Source: Falsiroseomonas sp. | Lineage (GTDB): Bacteria; Pseudomonadota; Alphaproteobacteria; Acetobacterales; Acetobacteraceae | Reading direction: 5' to 3' | Assembly: GCF_041690465.1 (NCBI RefSeq) | Contig: NZ_JAWLHG010000009.1 | Coordinates: 61,439-125,438, forward strand | DNA length: 64,000 nt | Shown: positions 35,609-45,399 of the stretch, in pieces | Layout: the number at the start of each line of letters is the position of its first letter | Numbering within the stretch: the first letter of the stretch is position 1 | The notes under the pieces: model-generated | Told to the model about the DNA's origin: nothing | Databases searched by the model: none | What the model saw: the letters and a program-made list of their open reading frames with translations, nothing else | Program-made: the position numbers and the translations under genes

Positions 35609-36447
35609 GCCTGGCCTCCCGCCACACGGGCCCGGAACTCCTGCTGCAACTCGTCCAGGGTGAGGAACACGGCGCCCTCCGCGGTCAGGGTGTCGATCAG
35701 CTTCTCGAGCATCAGCATGCGGTGGCCGCGCCCGACGACATAGGGGTGGAAGGTGTAGACCAGCGCGCCCCATTCCTCGGTGCGCTTCATGTAGGCGAAG
35801 TCGGCCACCCAGTTCTCCAGCACGGCGTTGGCGTTGGACAGGCCGGGCAGCACCTCGGTCTTGGCGCGGATGAACTCGAAATGCGGGTGGTCGTCTAGCG
35901 ACCAGCTGATGGGGATCTCCACCAGATCCGTGGTCTCGCCGAACTTCATCGGCTGGTCGGCCGCCACCACATCGCCACGTCGCGCGAAATAGGGCTGGCA
36001 GTCATGCCCCATCATGCTGCTGTCGTAGCGTAGGCCGTGCTGCGCGATCAGGTCGATGGTGCGGTCGCTGATGTCCCAGGAGGGCGAGCGGTAGCCCACG
36101 GGCTTGCGGCCGGTGAGCTTCACGATGGTTTCCACGGCTCGGCCGAACTCGTCGGCCTCCCGCTCGGCTTCCAGCCAGGCGGGCGGTACGTGGCTCCAGC
36201 CGTGATGGCCGACTTCATGGCCTTCCTTCACCACGCGCTCGCAGGCGGCGGGATAGGTCTCGATCACCACGCCGGGGATGTACCAGCTCGACCTGATGCC
36301 GCGCGCGTGAAGCAGGTCCAGCAGGCGCGCGGCGCCGACCACGCCGAACTCGCCGCGCGAGGTGGGCGTCGGTGTGGTCATGCCGCGGGCGGCAAAGCCG
36401 GACCAGGTGTCGAAGTCGAAGGAGAGGCAGGCGATGTGGCGTGGCAT
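35605..36447 (-). CDS. Polysaccharide deacetylase (CE4) family, PuuE/HpPgdA-like amidohydrolase
   Basis: CLSFDFD, EFGVVGAARLL, SSWYIPG, HEVGHHGWSH, GYRSPSW, RYDSS, EIPISW..DD and TFHPYVVGR. Confidence 0.9.
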   Translation of the reverse strand: MPRHIACLSFDFDTWSGFAARGMTTPTPTSRGEFGVVGAARLLDLLHARGIRSSWYIPGVVIETYPAACERVVKEGHEVGHHGWSHVPPAWLEAEREADEFGRAVETIVKLTGRKPVGYRSPSWDISDRTIDLIAQHGLRYDSSMMGHDCQPYFARRGDVVAADQPMKFGETTDLVEIPISWSLDDHPHFEFIRAKTEVLPGLSNANAVLENWVADFAYMKRTEEWGALVYTFHPYVVGRGHRMLMLEKLIDTLTAEGAVFLTLDELQQEFRARVAGGQA

Positions 36448-36450
36448 GGC

Positions 36451-37272
36451 TCAGACCTTCGGATGGCCGAACTTCGCCGAGAGGAAGGCCAGGATGTCGC
36501 TCACGCAGCGATCGGCCATCATGTCGGCGATGTTGTGCGGCATGTGGGGATACTCGATCATCTTCACGTCCGGGATGCGCTCGCGCATCGTATCGTAGCT
36601 GTTGGCGCTGCCGACGGTCTCGCCGCCGGGATAGATCACCAGGGTCGGCGCCTTGATGCGCGGAAGCTCCTCGCTCCATTCCTGGGTCGCCATGTAGCCG
36701 ATGAAGCGCACGACATAGGCGGGGTCGTTCTCCGCCGTCTGCTTCAGGAACCACTGCACCATGCCGGGATCGGTGCTCTCCAGGTCGAAGCGCATGGCGA
36801 TGGTGCGCGTCAGGAAGGGTGTCAGGCCCTCCTTCTCGATCATCGGCAGCCAGTCCAGCGCGCTGGGGCTGAGGCCGGGGGTGGAGCCGACGACCGCGAG
36901 TCCCAGCACGCGCTCCGGCCGGGTGATCGCCAGCTTCTGCGCCAGGTAGCCGCCGGCGGAATTGGCGACGATGTGCGCCTGCTTCGCGCCCACGGTGTCC
37001 ATGAGCTCCTCGACGTCCTTCACGAAGCGGTCCATCGAGAGTGGTGTTTCGGGCTTCGGAACCTCTGATCCGCCGTGGCCGCGAAGATCCATTCGCACGA
37101 CGCGGAAGTGCCGTGCCAGGCCGGGCACCCAGGAGTAGAAGCGCTGCGAGTCGCCCATCGCCGAATGCAGCAGCACCAGCGTCGGCGGCGACGTCCAGGG
37201 GTCGGTGAAGTCATCGATGTAGTAGGCGATCTTCAGGCCGTCGCTCGCCGTGAAGCTCTGGCGTTCCGTCAT
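36451..37272 (-). CDS. Alpha/beta-fold hydrolase (paralog of 28221..29039)
   Basis: LVLLHSAMG, MDLRGHGGS, IVANSAGG, IKAPTLVI and HMPHNI. Confidence 0.88.
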   Translation of the reverse strand: MTERQSFTASDGLKIAYYIDDFTDPWTSPPTLVLLHSAMGDSQRFYSWVPGLARHFRVVRMDLRGHGGSEVPKPETPLSMDRFVKDVEELMDTVGAKQAHIVANSAGGYLAQKLAITRPERVLGLAVVGSTPGLSPSALDWLPMIEKEGLTPFLTRTIAMRFDLESTDPGMVQWFLKQTAENDPAYVVRFIGYMATQEWSEELPRIKAPTLVIYPGGETVGSANSYDTMRERIPDVKMIEYPHMPHNIADMMADRCVSDILAFLSAKFGHPKV

Positions 37273-38354
37273 GCGGTGGTGCTCTCCGTCTGCCCGGCGA
37301 TGCGGGCGATGTTGCCGGGATCGAGGGGCAGGCGCCCGCGCTCGGCCTCGGCGATCAGCGCGGCGATGCGCGCATGGGTAGGCGCGGGAAGGCCGAGGCG
37401 CGCGGCCTCCTGCGCGATGTAGCCGTTGAAGAAGGCGACCTCCGTGGGACGGCCCTTGGAAAGGTCCTGCAGCGTGCCGGACATGCCGCCCTCCGCCATG
37501 CTCGCCGCCTGCACGGCCATGGCCGCGAGCGCCGCCGTCTTTGCCTGCGGATCGCCCTGGGCGGCGTGTCGCCAGGTTTCCGGCGGTTCGCCGAACAGCT
37601 TCTGGAGTCGGAAGCCCAGCGCCTCGCCCACAGCGATCGCCTCGGCGGCGAGGCGGATGGCGATGCGGCGGGTGTCCTCTCGCGAATAGACCTGCTTCAG
37701 CGAGAGGCCGGTCAGCCCGGACAGACCGGAGGTCATCGTGTTGGCCGTCAGCTTCGACCAGCGCTCGGTCCAGAGATCGGTGGTGACCGCGCTGGTATCG
37801 GCGGCAGAGAGCAACGCCGCGATCCGCTCCGCGCGCGGCGTGCGGCGGCCATGCACCTCGCCCACCTTGAACACCGTCCCGCCGGCGGCACCACGCTTGC
37901 GCGACCGCTGCATCTCGCCGGGGCCGGCGAGCAGCACGTCGAGTCCGCTGCCGATGGCGCCCAGCACGCGCCCCCACCCGAGGGCACGTGCCACCCGCTC
38001 CTCCACCAGTGCATTCTGCAGCGTCACCACCGGCACCGAGGGCGAAAGCCACGTGGCGAGCAGCGCGGCCGCCCAGTCGGTGTCGTAGAGCTTCACGGTG
38101 AGGAAGGCGACCTCCGCGTCCAGCGATCGCAAGCGATGCGCCTCGCCGAGATGCCAGGCCTCCGGATGGGTGCGCTGCGCGCCTTCGGGGCTGTTCAGCA
38201 GCAGGCCGTTGGCCTGGATGGCGGCGACATGCTCGGGCCAAGCGTCGATCAGCACCACCTCGTGGCCGGCAGCCGCGAGGCTGCCGGCGACAAAGCTGCC
38301 GACCGCGCCGCCGCCGAGCAGCGCGATGCGGCCCGGGGCGGCCGCGCCGCTCAT
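37269..38354 (-). CDS. Ketopantoate reductase (ApbA/PanE) family oxidoreductase
   Basis: IALLGGGAVG, TVKLYD, VVTLQNA, WSKLTAN and GTLQDL..GRPTEVAFFNG. Confidence 0.9.
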   Translation of the reverse strand: MSGAAAPGRIALLGGGAVGSFVAGSLAAAGHEVVLIDAWPEHVAAIQANGLLLNSPEGAQRTHPEAWHLGEAHRLRSLDAEVAFLTVKLYDTDWAAALLATWLSPSVPVVTLQNALVEERVARALGWGRVLGAIGSGLDVLLAGPGEMQRSRKRGAAGGTVFKVGEVHGRRTPRAERIAALLSAADTSAVTTDLWTERWSKLTANTMTSGLSGLTGLSLKQVYSREDTRRIAIRLAAEAIAVGEALGFRLQKLFGEPPETWRHAAQGDPQAKTAALAAMAVQAASMAEGGMSGTLQDLSKGRPTEVAFFNGYIAQEAARLGLPAPTHARIAALIAEAERGRLPLDPGNIARIAGQTESTTA

Positions 38355-39352
38355 GTCGGCGTGATGCCGGCCCGCCGCACGATATCCGCGAACTTCACCT
38401 TGTCGGCGGCGATGCGCTGCGCGAAGGCGTCGGGGCCCAGCTTGCCCGGAGTGATGCCTTGCGCCGCGAAGCGTTCGCCGAAGGCTGCACCGTCGAGGAT
38501 CGGCCGCACCGCGCCATGCGCCTTCTCCACGATCGCGCGCGGAAGCCCCTTCGGACCGACCAGACCCCACCAGGCGCCCATGTCGAAGCCCGGATAGCCG
38601 CTCTCGGCGACGGTCGGGATGTTGGGCGCCATGGCGAGGCGCTCGGCGCTGGAAACGGCCAAGCCGCGCAGCGTACCGGCCTGGATGTGCGGCCAGGTGG
38701 GCGGCACGGAGATGAAGGAGACCTGCACGCGGCCGGCGGTGAGGTCCACCATCGCGTCGGCGTCGCCGCGATAGGGCACGTGGTTCATCTCGATGCCCGT
38801 CACCGCCATGAACAGGCTTGAGGTGAGATGCGGGCCGGCGCCGACGCCGGAGGAGGCGTAGCTCAGCGCTCCAGGCCGCGATTTCGCCAGAGCCACCAGT
38901 TCCGCGACGTTGCGCGCCGGCACGCTGCTATGCACGACGAGGAAGTAGGGCGCGGAGGCGCAGAGGGCGATCGGCGTGAAGTCGGCGACCGGGTCGAAGC
39001 TCACATCGCGTCGCACGAAGGGGGCCAGCACCTGCGCGCTCGACATCATGTAGAGCGTCTCGCCGTCCGGCGCGGCGCGCTTCGCCGTGTCGGCGGCGAT
39101 GGTCCCGGCGGCACCGGTGCGGTTCTCCACCGTGAAGGGCTGCTTCAGCGCCTCGGCGAGCGGCGCGGCGACGGCACGTGCGACCAGGTCGTTGGCGCCG
39201 CCGGCGGGATAGCCGACAAGGATGCGGACCGGCCGTGTCGGCCAGTCGGTCGCCTGCGCCCAGGCGGGGCCCGCGAGTGCGGCGCTACCGAGCCCGAGCA
39301 ACGCGCCGCGGCGCGTGATGGCGCCGCCGGGTGCCTTCGACTGATCATGCAT
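38351..39352 (-). CDS. Bug/TctC substrate-binding protein
   Basis: WPTRPVRILVGYPAGGAND, VENRTGAAG, SYASSGVGAGPHL and HVPYRG. Confidence 0.93.
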   Translation of the reverse strand: MHDQSKAPGGAITRRGALLGLGSAALAGPAWAQATDWPTRPVRILVGYPAGGANDLVARAVAAPLAEALKQPFTVENRTGAAGTIAADTAKRAAPDGETLYMMSSAQVLAPFVRRDVSFDPVADFTPIALCASAPYFLVVHSSVPARNVAELVALAKSRPGALSYASSGVGAGPHLTSSLFMAVTGIEMNHVPYRGDADAMVDLTAGRVQVSFISVPPTWPHIQAGTLRGLAVSSAERLAMAPNIPTVAESGYPGFDMGAWWGLVGPKGLPRAIVEKAHGAVRPILDGAAFGERFAAQGITPGKLGPDAFAQRIAADKVKFADIVRRAGITPT

Positions 39353-39459
39353 GGTGCTGTTCTCCCTGTCTTGTCGCGCAGACCGTAGCGTGATGCGCCG
39401 GCGCACTGGAATCGCCTGCTGGCCGCCTTGCATGCCCAGCCTTACCCGAGCGTCATACG

Positions 39460-39469
39460 TGATATATCA
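39460..39469. promoter_or_regulatory. Perfect palindrome TGATATATCA, candidate GntR/FCD operator
   Basis: AT-rich palindrome 7 nt upstream of the GntR ATG, in the divergent promoter region. Confidence 0.55.
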
Positions 39470-39476
39470 GTTGAGC

Positions 39477-40157
39477 ATGACACTCGACCCACGCCAGCGC
39501 AAGCGGGCCTCCGCAGCGCAGCCGATCGTCTTCCCGAGCCGGCAGGAGACCGTGGCCGCGGCCTTGCGGCTCGACATCCTGCGTGGCCGCGCGAGCGCCG
39601 GATCGCGGCTGGACATCGACGAGATCGCCGCCCGGCACGGCGTCAGCCGCACGCCGGTCCGCGACGCGCTGAAACAACTCGAGGGTGAGGGCCTGGTGCA
39701 GGTCCTGCCTTACCGCGGCGTGGAGGTGACGCGACTTTCCGGCGAGGATCTGCGGGAGCTCTTTTCCATCCGCATCGCGCTGGAGCGGTTGGCGGTGGCG
39801 CGGGCCGCCGCGAATGTCTCGCTCGCGGAATTGGAAGGGCTGCGGAAGATCCTGCGGCGGATGGATCGCGCGCGTGGGCGCGATCAGTCATGGACCACGC
39901 TGAACACCTCGTTCCACGACGCGGTGCATGCGGCCTCTCGCTCGCCACGCCTTATCGAGATGATCCGCGTGCAGAGGACGAATGTGGACCGCTACGTCCG
40001 GGCCGGCGCCGCCGACCTCGGGACCGAGGCACAGCAGCAGGAGCATTGGGCGCTGCTGGAGTCGCTGGCCGCGCGCGATGCCGCGGCCGCACAGTCCGTC
40101 ATCGAGCGCCATCTGACCCGTACGGCGGAGACGCTGGTGCGCCTGGCCGGCGCCTGA
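39477..40157 (+). CDS. GntR-family (FCD subfamily) transcriptional regulator
   Basis: LRLDILRG...GSRLDIDEIAARHGVSRTPVRDALKQLEGEGLV; FCD domain LNTSFHDAV..AS and EHWALLESL. Confidence 0.94.
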   Translation: MTLDPRQRKRASAAQPIVFPSRQETVAAALRLDILRGRASAGSRLDIDEIAARHGVSRTPVRDALKQLEGEGLVQVLPYRGVEVTRLSGEDLRELFSIRIALERLAVARAAANVSLAELEGLRKILRRMDRARGRDQSWTTLNTSFHDAVHAASRSPRLIEMIRVQRTNVDRYVRAGAADLGTEAQQQEHWALLESLAARDAAAAQSVIERHLTRTAETLVRLAGA

Positions 40158-40166
40158 CGGCCCCGC

Positions 40167-40934
40167 TCAACTCCGCGCTCGGGTGGAGGCGCCGTCCCGA
40201 CGGTTGATGTGCCCGCCGGCGCCGACATCGAGCACTGATCCGGTCATGAAGGCCGCCTCGTCCGAGCAGAGGAACAGGATCGCGCCCGCGAAATCCTCCG
40301 GACGGTTGGCACGGCCGAGCAGGTTGCGCGCACGGATCGCATCGGCATAGCCCGCCGGCATGGTCACTTCGGCGCTGCCCTCGGCGAACCCCGGCCGGGC
40401 GGAGTTCACCCGCACGCCGGAGGGGCCGAGTTCCAGGGCGAAGGCGCGCGTCAGGTACTCCAGCGCGCATTTGGAGGCGCCGTACGGCACGCCGTTGCCG
40501 CGGATCACCTCGGCGGCGGAAGAGGTGACGTTGACGATCGAGCCGCGCCCGGCCGCCGCCATCGCACGGCCGATGCCCTGCATGAGCCGGAATGGCGCGC
40601 GGGTGTTGACGTCGAGGATCAGGTCGTATTCCGCAGGCGTCACCTCCATCAACGGGATGAAGGGGTAGAGGCCGGCATTGTTGATCAACACCTCGGGCGC
40701 GCCGCCCGCGGTCGCGGCCGCCACCAGCCCGTCGAGCGCCGCGTCGTCGCGCAGGTCGGCGGCGTGCAGCGCGAGGCGCGATGCCGGCAGGTCCGGCGCA
40801 CCGGCGGCGAGCGCGGCGGGGTCACGGTCCGAGAGCAGCAGCATGGCGCCTTCGGATGCGAAGGCGGCGGCCAGGGCACGGCCATAGACCCCGGCGGCAC
40901 CGGTGATGACGACCTTGCGATTCTCGTAGCGCAT
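40167..40934 (-). CDS. Short-chain dehydrogenase/reductase
   Basis: KVVITGAAGVYG, VLINNAG, IVNVTS, YGASK and VRVNSARPG. Confidence 0.92.
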   Translation of the reverse strand: MRYENRKVVITGAAGVYGRALAAAFASEGAMLLLSDRDPAALAAGAPDLPASRLALHAADLRDDAALDGLVAAATAGGAPEVLINNAGLYPFIPLMEVTPAEYDLILDVNTRAPFRLMQGIGRAMAAAGRGSIVNVTSSAAEVIRGNGVPYGASKCALEYLTRAFALELGPSGVRVNSARPGFAEGSAEVTMPAGYADAIRARNLLGRANRPEDFAGAILFLCSDEAAFMTGSVLDVGAGGHINRRDGASTRARS

Positions 40935-40946
40935 CGGCGTGGTCCT

Positions 40947-42908
40947 TCAGGCGATCTGCGGGAACTCGGCATGCAGCGCGGCGCGGGCCGCCCGCACCTC
41001 GGTGCCGTCGCCGCGCCGGTTCGGATCCGCGGCGACGGCGGCGAAGATCCGGCGCTTGGCATAGTGGCGCCAATGCACAGGCAGGCCAGCAAGCGCTTCG
41101 GTCAGCACGGCGTAGTTGGCTTCCGTCCAGACCAGCTCGAAAGCCGCGCGTTCGGGGCCAGCGTCGAAGGCGGGCTGCGGCGCGGCGGCCATCGCCGCGC
41201 GGCGGGCTTCGGTGGCGAGGGGATCGCCGGGCACCACGCCATAGTCGCGCGCCGCCGCTTCGGCGCTGACCTTGCCGGCCGCGACATCATCGAGCACCGC
41301 CTCGACAGGCCGCTGCCAGGGCGGGCCCCAGCCGGACGCGCCGGAGCAGACGATGCGGATCACGTCGCCGGGATCGAGCGCGACGACATCGGTGTTGCCC
41401 AGGTTCTCGGCGCGCGGCGTCCCCGGGTTGCGCCAGAACTCCGAAGGCGCACCGGCACGCCCGCCCAGCACGCCCCAGGAGCGGAAATGCGTGCGGTCGC
41501 GGTTGCGCGCCGTCACCACCGTGCCCGGCGCCTGCACGCGGAACTCCAGCACCGTCGCCAGCCCGCCGCGATGCAACCCGGCCCCGCCGGAGTCCGGCGA
41601 GAGGCCGTAGCGCAGCACGCGTATCGGCACCTCCGCCTCGTTGATCTCGACCGGCGTGTTCTTGAGGAAGCCGCTATTCGCGCCGGAGCCGTCCATCCCA
41701 TCGCCGAAGGGCGAGCCACCGGCGCCGCCGGTGATCGGGTCGATCGCCGCCATCACGCGGCGGCCGGTGCGGTTGTCGGTGGTATTGACGTTGGTCATCG
41801 GCCCGCCGCTCGCTGGGCCGGCGGGCAGCCGCTCCGGCACGGCACGCTGGAAGGCGCCCATGACCACGCCCTGCAGCCGCATGCAGGTCATGGACCGCAT
41901 GCCGACCGCGGCGGGGAAGACCGGGTTGAGAACCGTCCCCTCGGGCACGATGCAGGTCGCCGGGCGCGTGAGCCCGCTGTTCAGCAGCACCGTCGGGTCG
42001 AGCGTGTAGAGAACGTAGTTCCAGCCGACCATGAGCAGGATGTGCCGCGGATCACCTCCCGTCGGCATGTTGAGCGATGCGGCGAGCTGCGGGTCGGAGC
42101 CGGTGAAGTCCAGCTCCGCCGCCTCGCCGCGGATGCGCAGCGTCAGCTTGAGTCGGCAGGGAAGGCCGCCGGGGCTGTCCTCGTCCATGTAGTCGGTGAA
42201 TGCATATTCGCCGTCCGGGATGGTGGCGAGCACGCGGCGCGCCTGGCGCTCCGCCAGGTCGAGAAGCTCGGCGATGCCGGTGCGGAAGGTCTCGATGCCG
42301 AAGCGCCGGATCATCTCATGGACCTTGCGTTCGCCGGTGTTCATGGCGGCGAGCTGCGCCTTCAGGTCGCCCCAGTTCTGTGTCGGCGCGCGCACGTTGG
42401 TGAGCATGATGTCGAGCAGGCCTTCGTCGAGCACGCCCTCCCGCACCAGCTTGCGCGGCGGGAAGCGGATGCCTTCCTGATGCACCTCGGTGAGCGCACG
42501 CGAGAGCGAGGCAGGCACCGCACCGCCGACATCGGTGTTGTGGATGTGGCCGACCGCGAAGCAGACCAGCTCACCCTGCCAGAACACCGGCTTCCACAGA
42601 TGGATGTCCGGTGAGTGGGTGCAGACGAAGCCGCTGTAGGGGTCGTTCGTCATGCAGACATCGCCTTCGCGATACTCCGCAATGGCACGGATCACCGGCC
42701 CGTAATCGAGGCCGACGAACCAGGTGGCGCCGAGCTCGCGCGGCGAGGCGAAGGTCTGCCCGCTCGGCGTGGTGAGGCCGGTGGTGAAGTCTTCCGTTTC
42801 CTTCACGAAGGTGGAATGGGCGGTGCGGAACAGCGTGAAGGCCATGCTCTCGGCCGCGGCCTGGGCGTGGTTGGCCAGGATCTGCAGCGTGACAGGATCG
42901 ATGCTCAC
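40947..42908 (-). CDS. Hydantoinase B / oxoprolinase family protein
   Basis: IDPVTLQIL, RTAHSTFVKETEDF, NDPYSG..THSPD, HNTDVGGAVPAS, QEGIRFPP, NTPVEINE and PDSGGAG.HRGG. GTG start with GAGGGA RBS (alternative ATG 42923). Confidence 0.93.
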   Translation of the reverse strand: MSIDPVTLQILANHAQAAAESMAFTLFRTAHSTFVKETEDFTTGLTTPSGQTFASPRELGATWFVGLDYGPVIRAIAEYREGDVCMTNDPYSGFVCTHSPDIHLWKPVFWQGELVCFAVGHIHNTDVGGAVPASLSRALTEVHQEGIRFPPRKLVREGVLDEGLLDIMLTNVRAPTQNWGDLKAQLAAMNTGERKVHEMIRRFGIETFRTGIAELLDLAERQARRVLATIPDGEYAFTDYMDEDSPGGLPCRLKLTLRIRGEAAELDFTGSDPQLAASLNMPTGGDPRHILLMVGWNYVLYTLDPTVLLNSGLTRPATCIVPEGTVLNPVFPAAVGMRSMTCMRLQGVVMGAFQRAVPERLPAGPASGGPMTNVNTTDNRTGRRVMAAIDPITGGAGGSPFGDGMDGSGANSGFLKNTPVEINEAEVPIRVLRYGLSPDSGGAGLHRGGLATVLEFRVQAPGTVVTARNRDRTHFRSWGVLGGRAGAPSEFWRNPGTPRAENLGNTDVVALDPGDVIRIVCSGASGWGPPWQRPVEAVLDDVAAGKVSAEAAARDYGVVPGDPLATEARRAAMAAAPQPAFDAGPERAAFELVWTEANYAVLTEALAGLPVHWRHYAKRRIFAAVAADPNRRGDGTEVRAARAALHAEFPQIA

Positions 42909-42936
42909 AGTCGGTTCCCTCATCTGCGCGGCCGGT

Positions 42937-45018
42937 TCAGACCCGCGCACCTTGCGGCGCTTTGGTCGTCGGAGGCGGTGCGGCAGTTCCCAGGCGCAGA
43001 TTGCCGAAGCGATCCACCTCGCCCGACATGCCGGGCGGGATGCAGGTGGTGCAATCCTCCTGCAGCACGATGCAGGGGCCGGCGAAGCGGTGGCCGTGGC
43101 GGAGCGCCTCGCGGCGATAGAGCGGCGCGCGGCGGCTGGCGCCGTCGAGGAAAACCGCGGTCTCGCCGATCGGCTCCGGCGTTCCGGAGACGCGCTCCTG
43201 CTCCGGGAAGCGCGGGATGGGGACTGCGCCGGCGGCCACCATGCGCAACGCGATCGCCTGGATCGGCGCAGCGCGGTCGGCATGGCCGTAGAGCTGCTCA
43301 TGCGCCTGGTGGAAGGCGTCCGCCATGGCGGGCAGGTCGCCGGCTGCGAGCCATTCGGGCCGGAGCTTCACCTCGATCTCGAAGGACTGGCCGCGGTAGC
43401 GCATCTCTGCGGCTGGCAGCAGCTGGGCCTCGCCGGAGAAGCCCTGTTCCTCGCGCAGCCATCGAAGTGCCTGCGCCTCCAGCCGTGAGAAGCTGGCCAG
43501 CAGACCGGGCAGGGAGGGCGCGTCGAGATCGGCATAGACGGTCTCGAGGAAATCGTTGCGGATGTCGGCGATCAGCCCGCCCAGCGCCGAGAGCACGCCG
43601 GGTGTCGCCGGTACCAGCACCTCGCGCATGCCGAGTTCGCGCGCGAGCAATCCGCCGAGCATCGGGCCGGCGCCACCGAAGGGCATCAGGCAGAAATCGC
43701 GCGCGTCCACGCCCTGCCGCGCGGCGAGCTTGCTGACCTCCTTGTACATGCCGCTGACCGCGACCTGCACGATGGCCTCCGCTGCCGCCTCGCGCGAGCG
43801 GCCGAGCGCCGCGGCGATGCTGTCCACCGCCTGTTCCGCCAGGTCGCGGCGAACGGTGACGCTGCCATAGCCGAGCTCGCCATGCCCGATCCAGCCGAGC
43901 ACGCACATCGCATCCGTGATGGTGGGCCGCGTGCCGCCGCGGCCGTAGCAGGCCGGGCCGGGCGTGGAGCCGGCGCTCTCCGGCCCAACGGTCAGGCGAC
44001 CCAGCGCGTCCACCGCCGCGATCGAACCGCCGCCCTCGCCGATGGAGGAAACGGCCACGGTCGGAATGTAGACGGGGAAATCCCCCACGCGCTCCCCCGT
44101 GCCATAGCCCGGCGCGCCCTCCAGGATGACCGCGACATCGGCGCTGGTGCCGCCGATGTCGAGGCTCATCGCCCGCGCCACGCCTGCCTGGCGCGCGACG
44201 AAGCCGGCGCCGATCGCGCCGGCGGCGGTGCCGGAGAGCAGCATCTCGACGCAGCGTGTCTTGCCGAGCTCGGCGCGCATCACGCCGCCATTGGATTTGG
44301 TGACCATCGCCTCCGCCTGCACGCCGGCGCGCTTCAGCGCGGCCTGCAGCGAGCCGAGGTAATGCGCCACGCGTGGCTGCACATGGCCATGCACGCAGGC
44401 GGTGACGGTTCGCTCGTATTCGCGGATGATCGGCCAGACCTCGGCCGAGCAGAACACCGGCAGGTCCGGGCGCCGCGCGGCGATGATCGCCCTGGCGGCG
44501 TGCTCATGCGCCGGGTTGCGCCACGCATGCAGCAGCGCGAGGACGATGCCCTCGGCGCCGGCCGCTTCCGCCGCGGCCAGCGCCGCTTCCACGCTGGCGG
44601 CATCGAGCGGCTCCGCCTCGCTGCCATCGGCGAGCAGGCGGCCGTCCACCTCCAGCACGCGTTCCCGCGGCACCAGGGGGGGCGGGCGGCGCGAAAGCAG
44701 GTGGTAGGGGTCCGGCGTCTTCAGGCGTGCGAGCTCCAGCACGTCACGGAAGTGCCGCGTCACGAACAGTGCGAGCGGGATCCCCTTGCGCTGGATCACC
44801 GCATTGACGCCGACCGTGGTGCCGTGGGTGAACCAGGTTATCGCGTCGGGGCCGATGCCGAAGCGCTGCTCCAGGCCCTGCAGCCCGGCGATCACCTCGG
44901 CGCCCGGCGTGGCCGGTGTGGAGAGGACCTTGAGAGTCGAGAGCGCGCCGGTCGCCTCGTCCAGAAGGCAGAAATCAGCGAAGGTGCCGCCGATGTCAAC
45001 GCCGACGCGGTGGGCCAT
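42937..45018 (-). CDS. Hydantoinase A / oxoprolinase family (ATP-dependent amidohydrolase subunit)
   Basis: HRVGVDIGGTFAD, HGTTVGVNA, LLSGTAAG, LDIGGTSAD, IGEGGGSIA, GPESAG.TPGPACYG, FGGAGPM and MRYRGQSFEI. Confidence 0.94.
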   Translation of the reverse strand: MAHRVGVDIGGTFADFCLLDEATGALSTLKVLSTPATPGAEVIAGLQGLEQRFGIGPDAITWFTHGTTVGVNAVIQRKGIPLALFVTRHFRDVLELARLKTPDPYHLLSRRPPPLVPRERVLEVDGRLLADGSEAEPLDAASVEAALAAAEAAGAEGIVLALLHAWRNPAHEHAARAIIAARRPDLPVFCSAEVWPIIREYERTVTACVHGHVQPRVAHYLGSLQAALKRAGVQAEAMVTKSNGGVMRAELGKTRCVEMLLSGTAAGAIGAGFVARQAGVARAMSLDIGGTSADVAVILEGAPGYGTGERVGDFPVYIPTVAVSSIGEGGGSIAAVDALGRLTVGPESAGSTPGPACYGRGGTRPTITDAMCVLGWIGHGELGYGSVTVRRDLAEQAVDSIAAALGRSREAAAEAIVQVAVSGMYKEVSKLAARQGVDARDFCLMPFGGAGPMLGGLLARELGMREVLVPATPGVLSALGGLIADIRNDFLETVYADLDAPSLPGLLASFSRLEAQALRWLREEQGFSGEAQLLPAAEMRYRGQSFEIEVKLRPEWLAAGDLPAMADAFHQAHEQLYGHADRAAPIQAIALRMVAAGAVPIPRFPEQERVSGTPEPIGETAVFLDGASRRAPLYRREALRHGHRFAGPCIVLQEDCTTCIPPGMSGEVDRFGNLRLGTAAPPPTTKAPQGARV

Positions 45019-45311
45019 GCGGGTCGGATCTCCAGAGCCGGGAACGGTGCGGCACCACGCTAGGCGGGCGGGCGAGGGGCGGCAATGTCCACCTCCGGCG
45101 ATCCTCGGTCGGCACCCCGCTATGCGCGGCCGGATCGCCTCTGCCAGCGCGTTCGACACCATGGGCCCGCAAGGTCGCTGCTCGGCGCATGCCGCTGACG
45201 AGTCGCGGCTCCGCAAGCCGGCGAGTTGGCCGGGCGATAGGTTGAGCGGGCCGCGCGGCACCCGGCCGAGGCGATCGTGCGAGACAACATGCGCGGGCTG
45301 GACACGGCGGC

Positions 45312-45341
45312 TTGACGTGCCTCGCCGCTGGTGGCCAGCAT
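45312..45341 (+). promoter_or_regulatory. Possible sigma70 promoter (TTGACG-N18-CAGCAT) for the ABC operon
   Basis: -35-like hexamer at 45312 and weak -10 at 45336, about 60 nt upstream of the SBP start. Confidence 0.3.
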
Positions 45342-45399
45342 TGGCGCGGGAGACGACGGCGTCGGCGCTCCGGCGCATGCAGGCAAGGAGGCGGAAGCG

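Noticed and set aside
45195-45230. CTGACGAG followed by a hairpin in the 380-bp hyuA-SBP intergenic region, resembling a hammerhead ribozyme core
   Set aside because: The required CGAAA after stem II is absent (the sequence reads GCGAGTT) and stems I/III are not evident. It is probably just a GC hairpin; an Infernal/Rfam scan would settle it.
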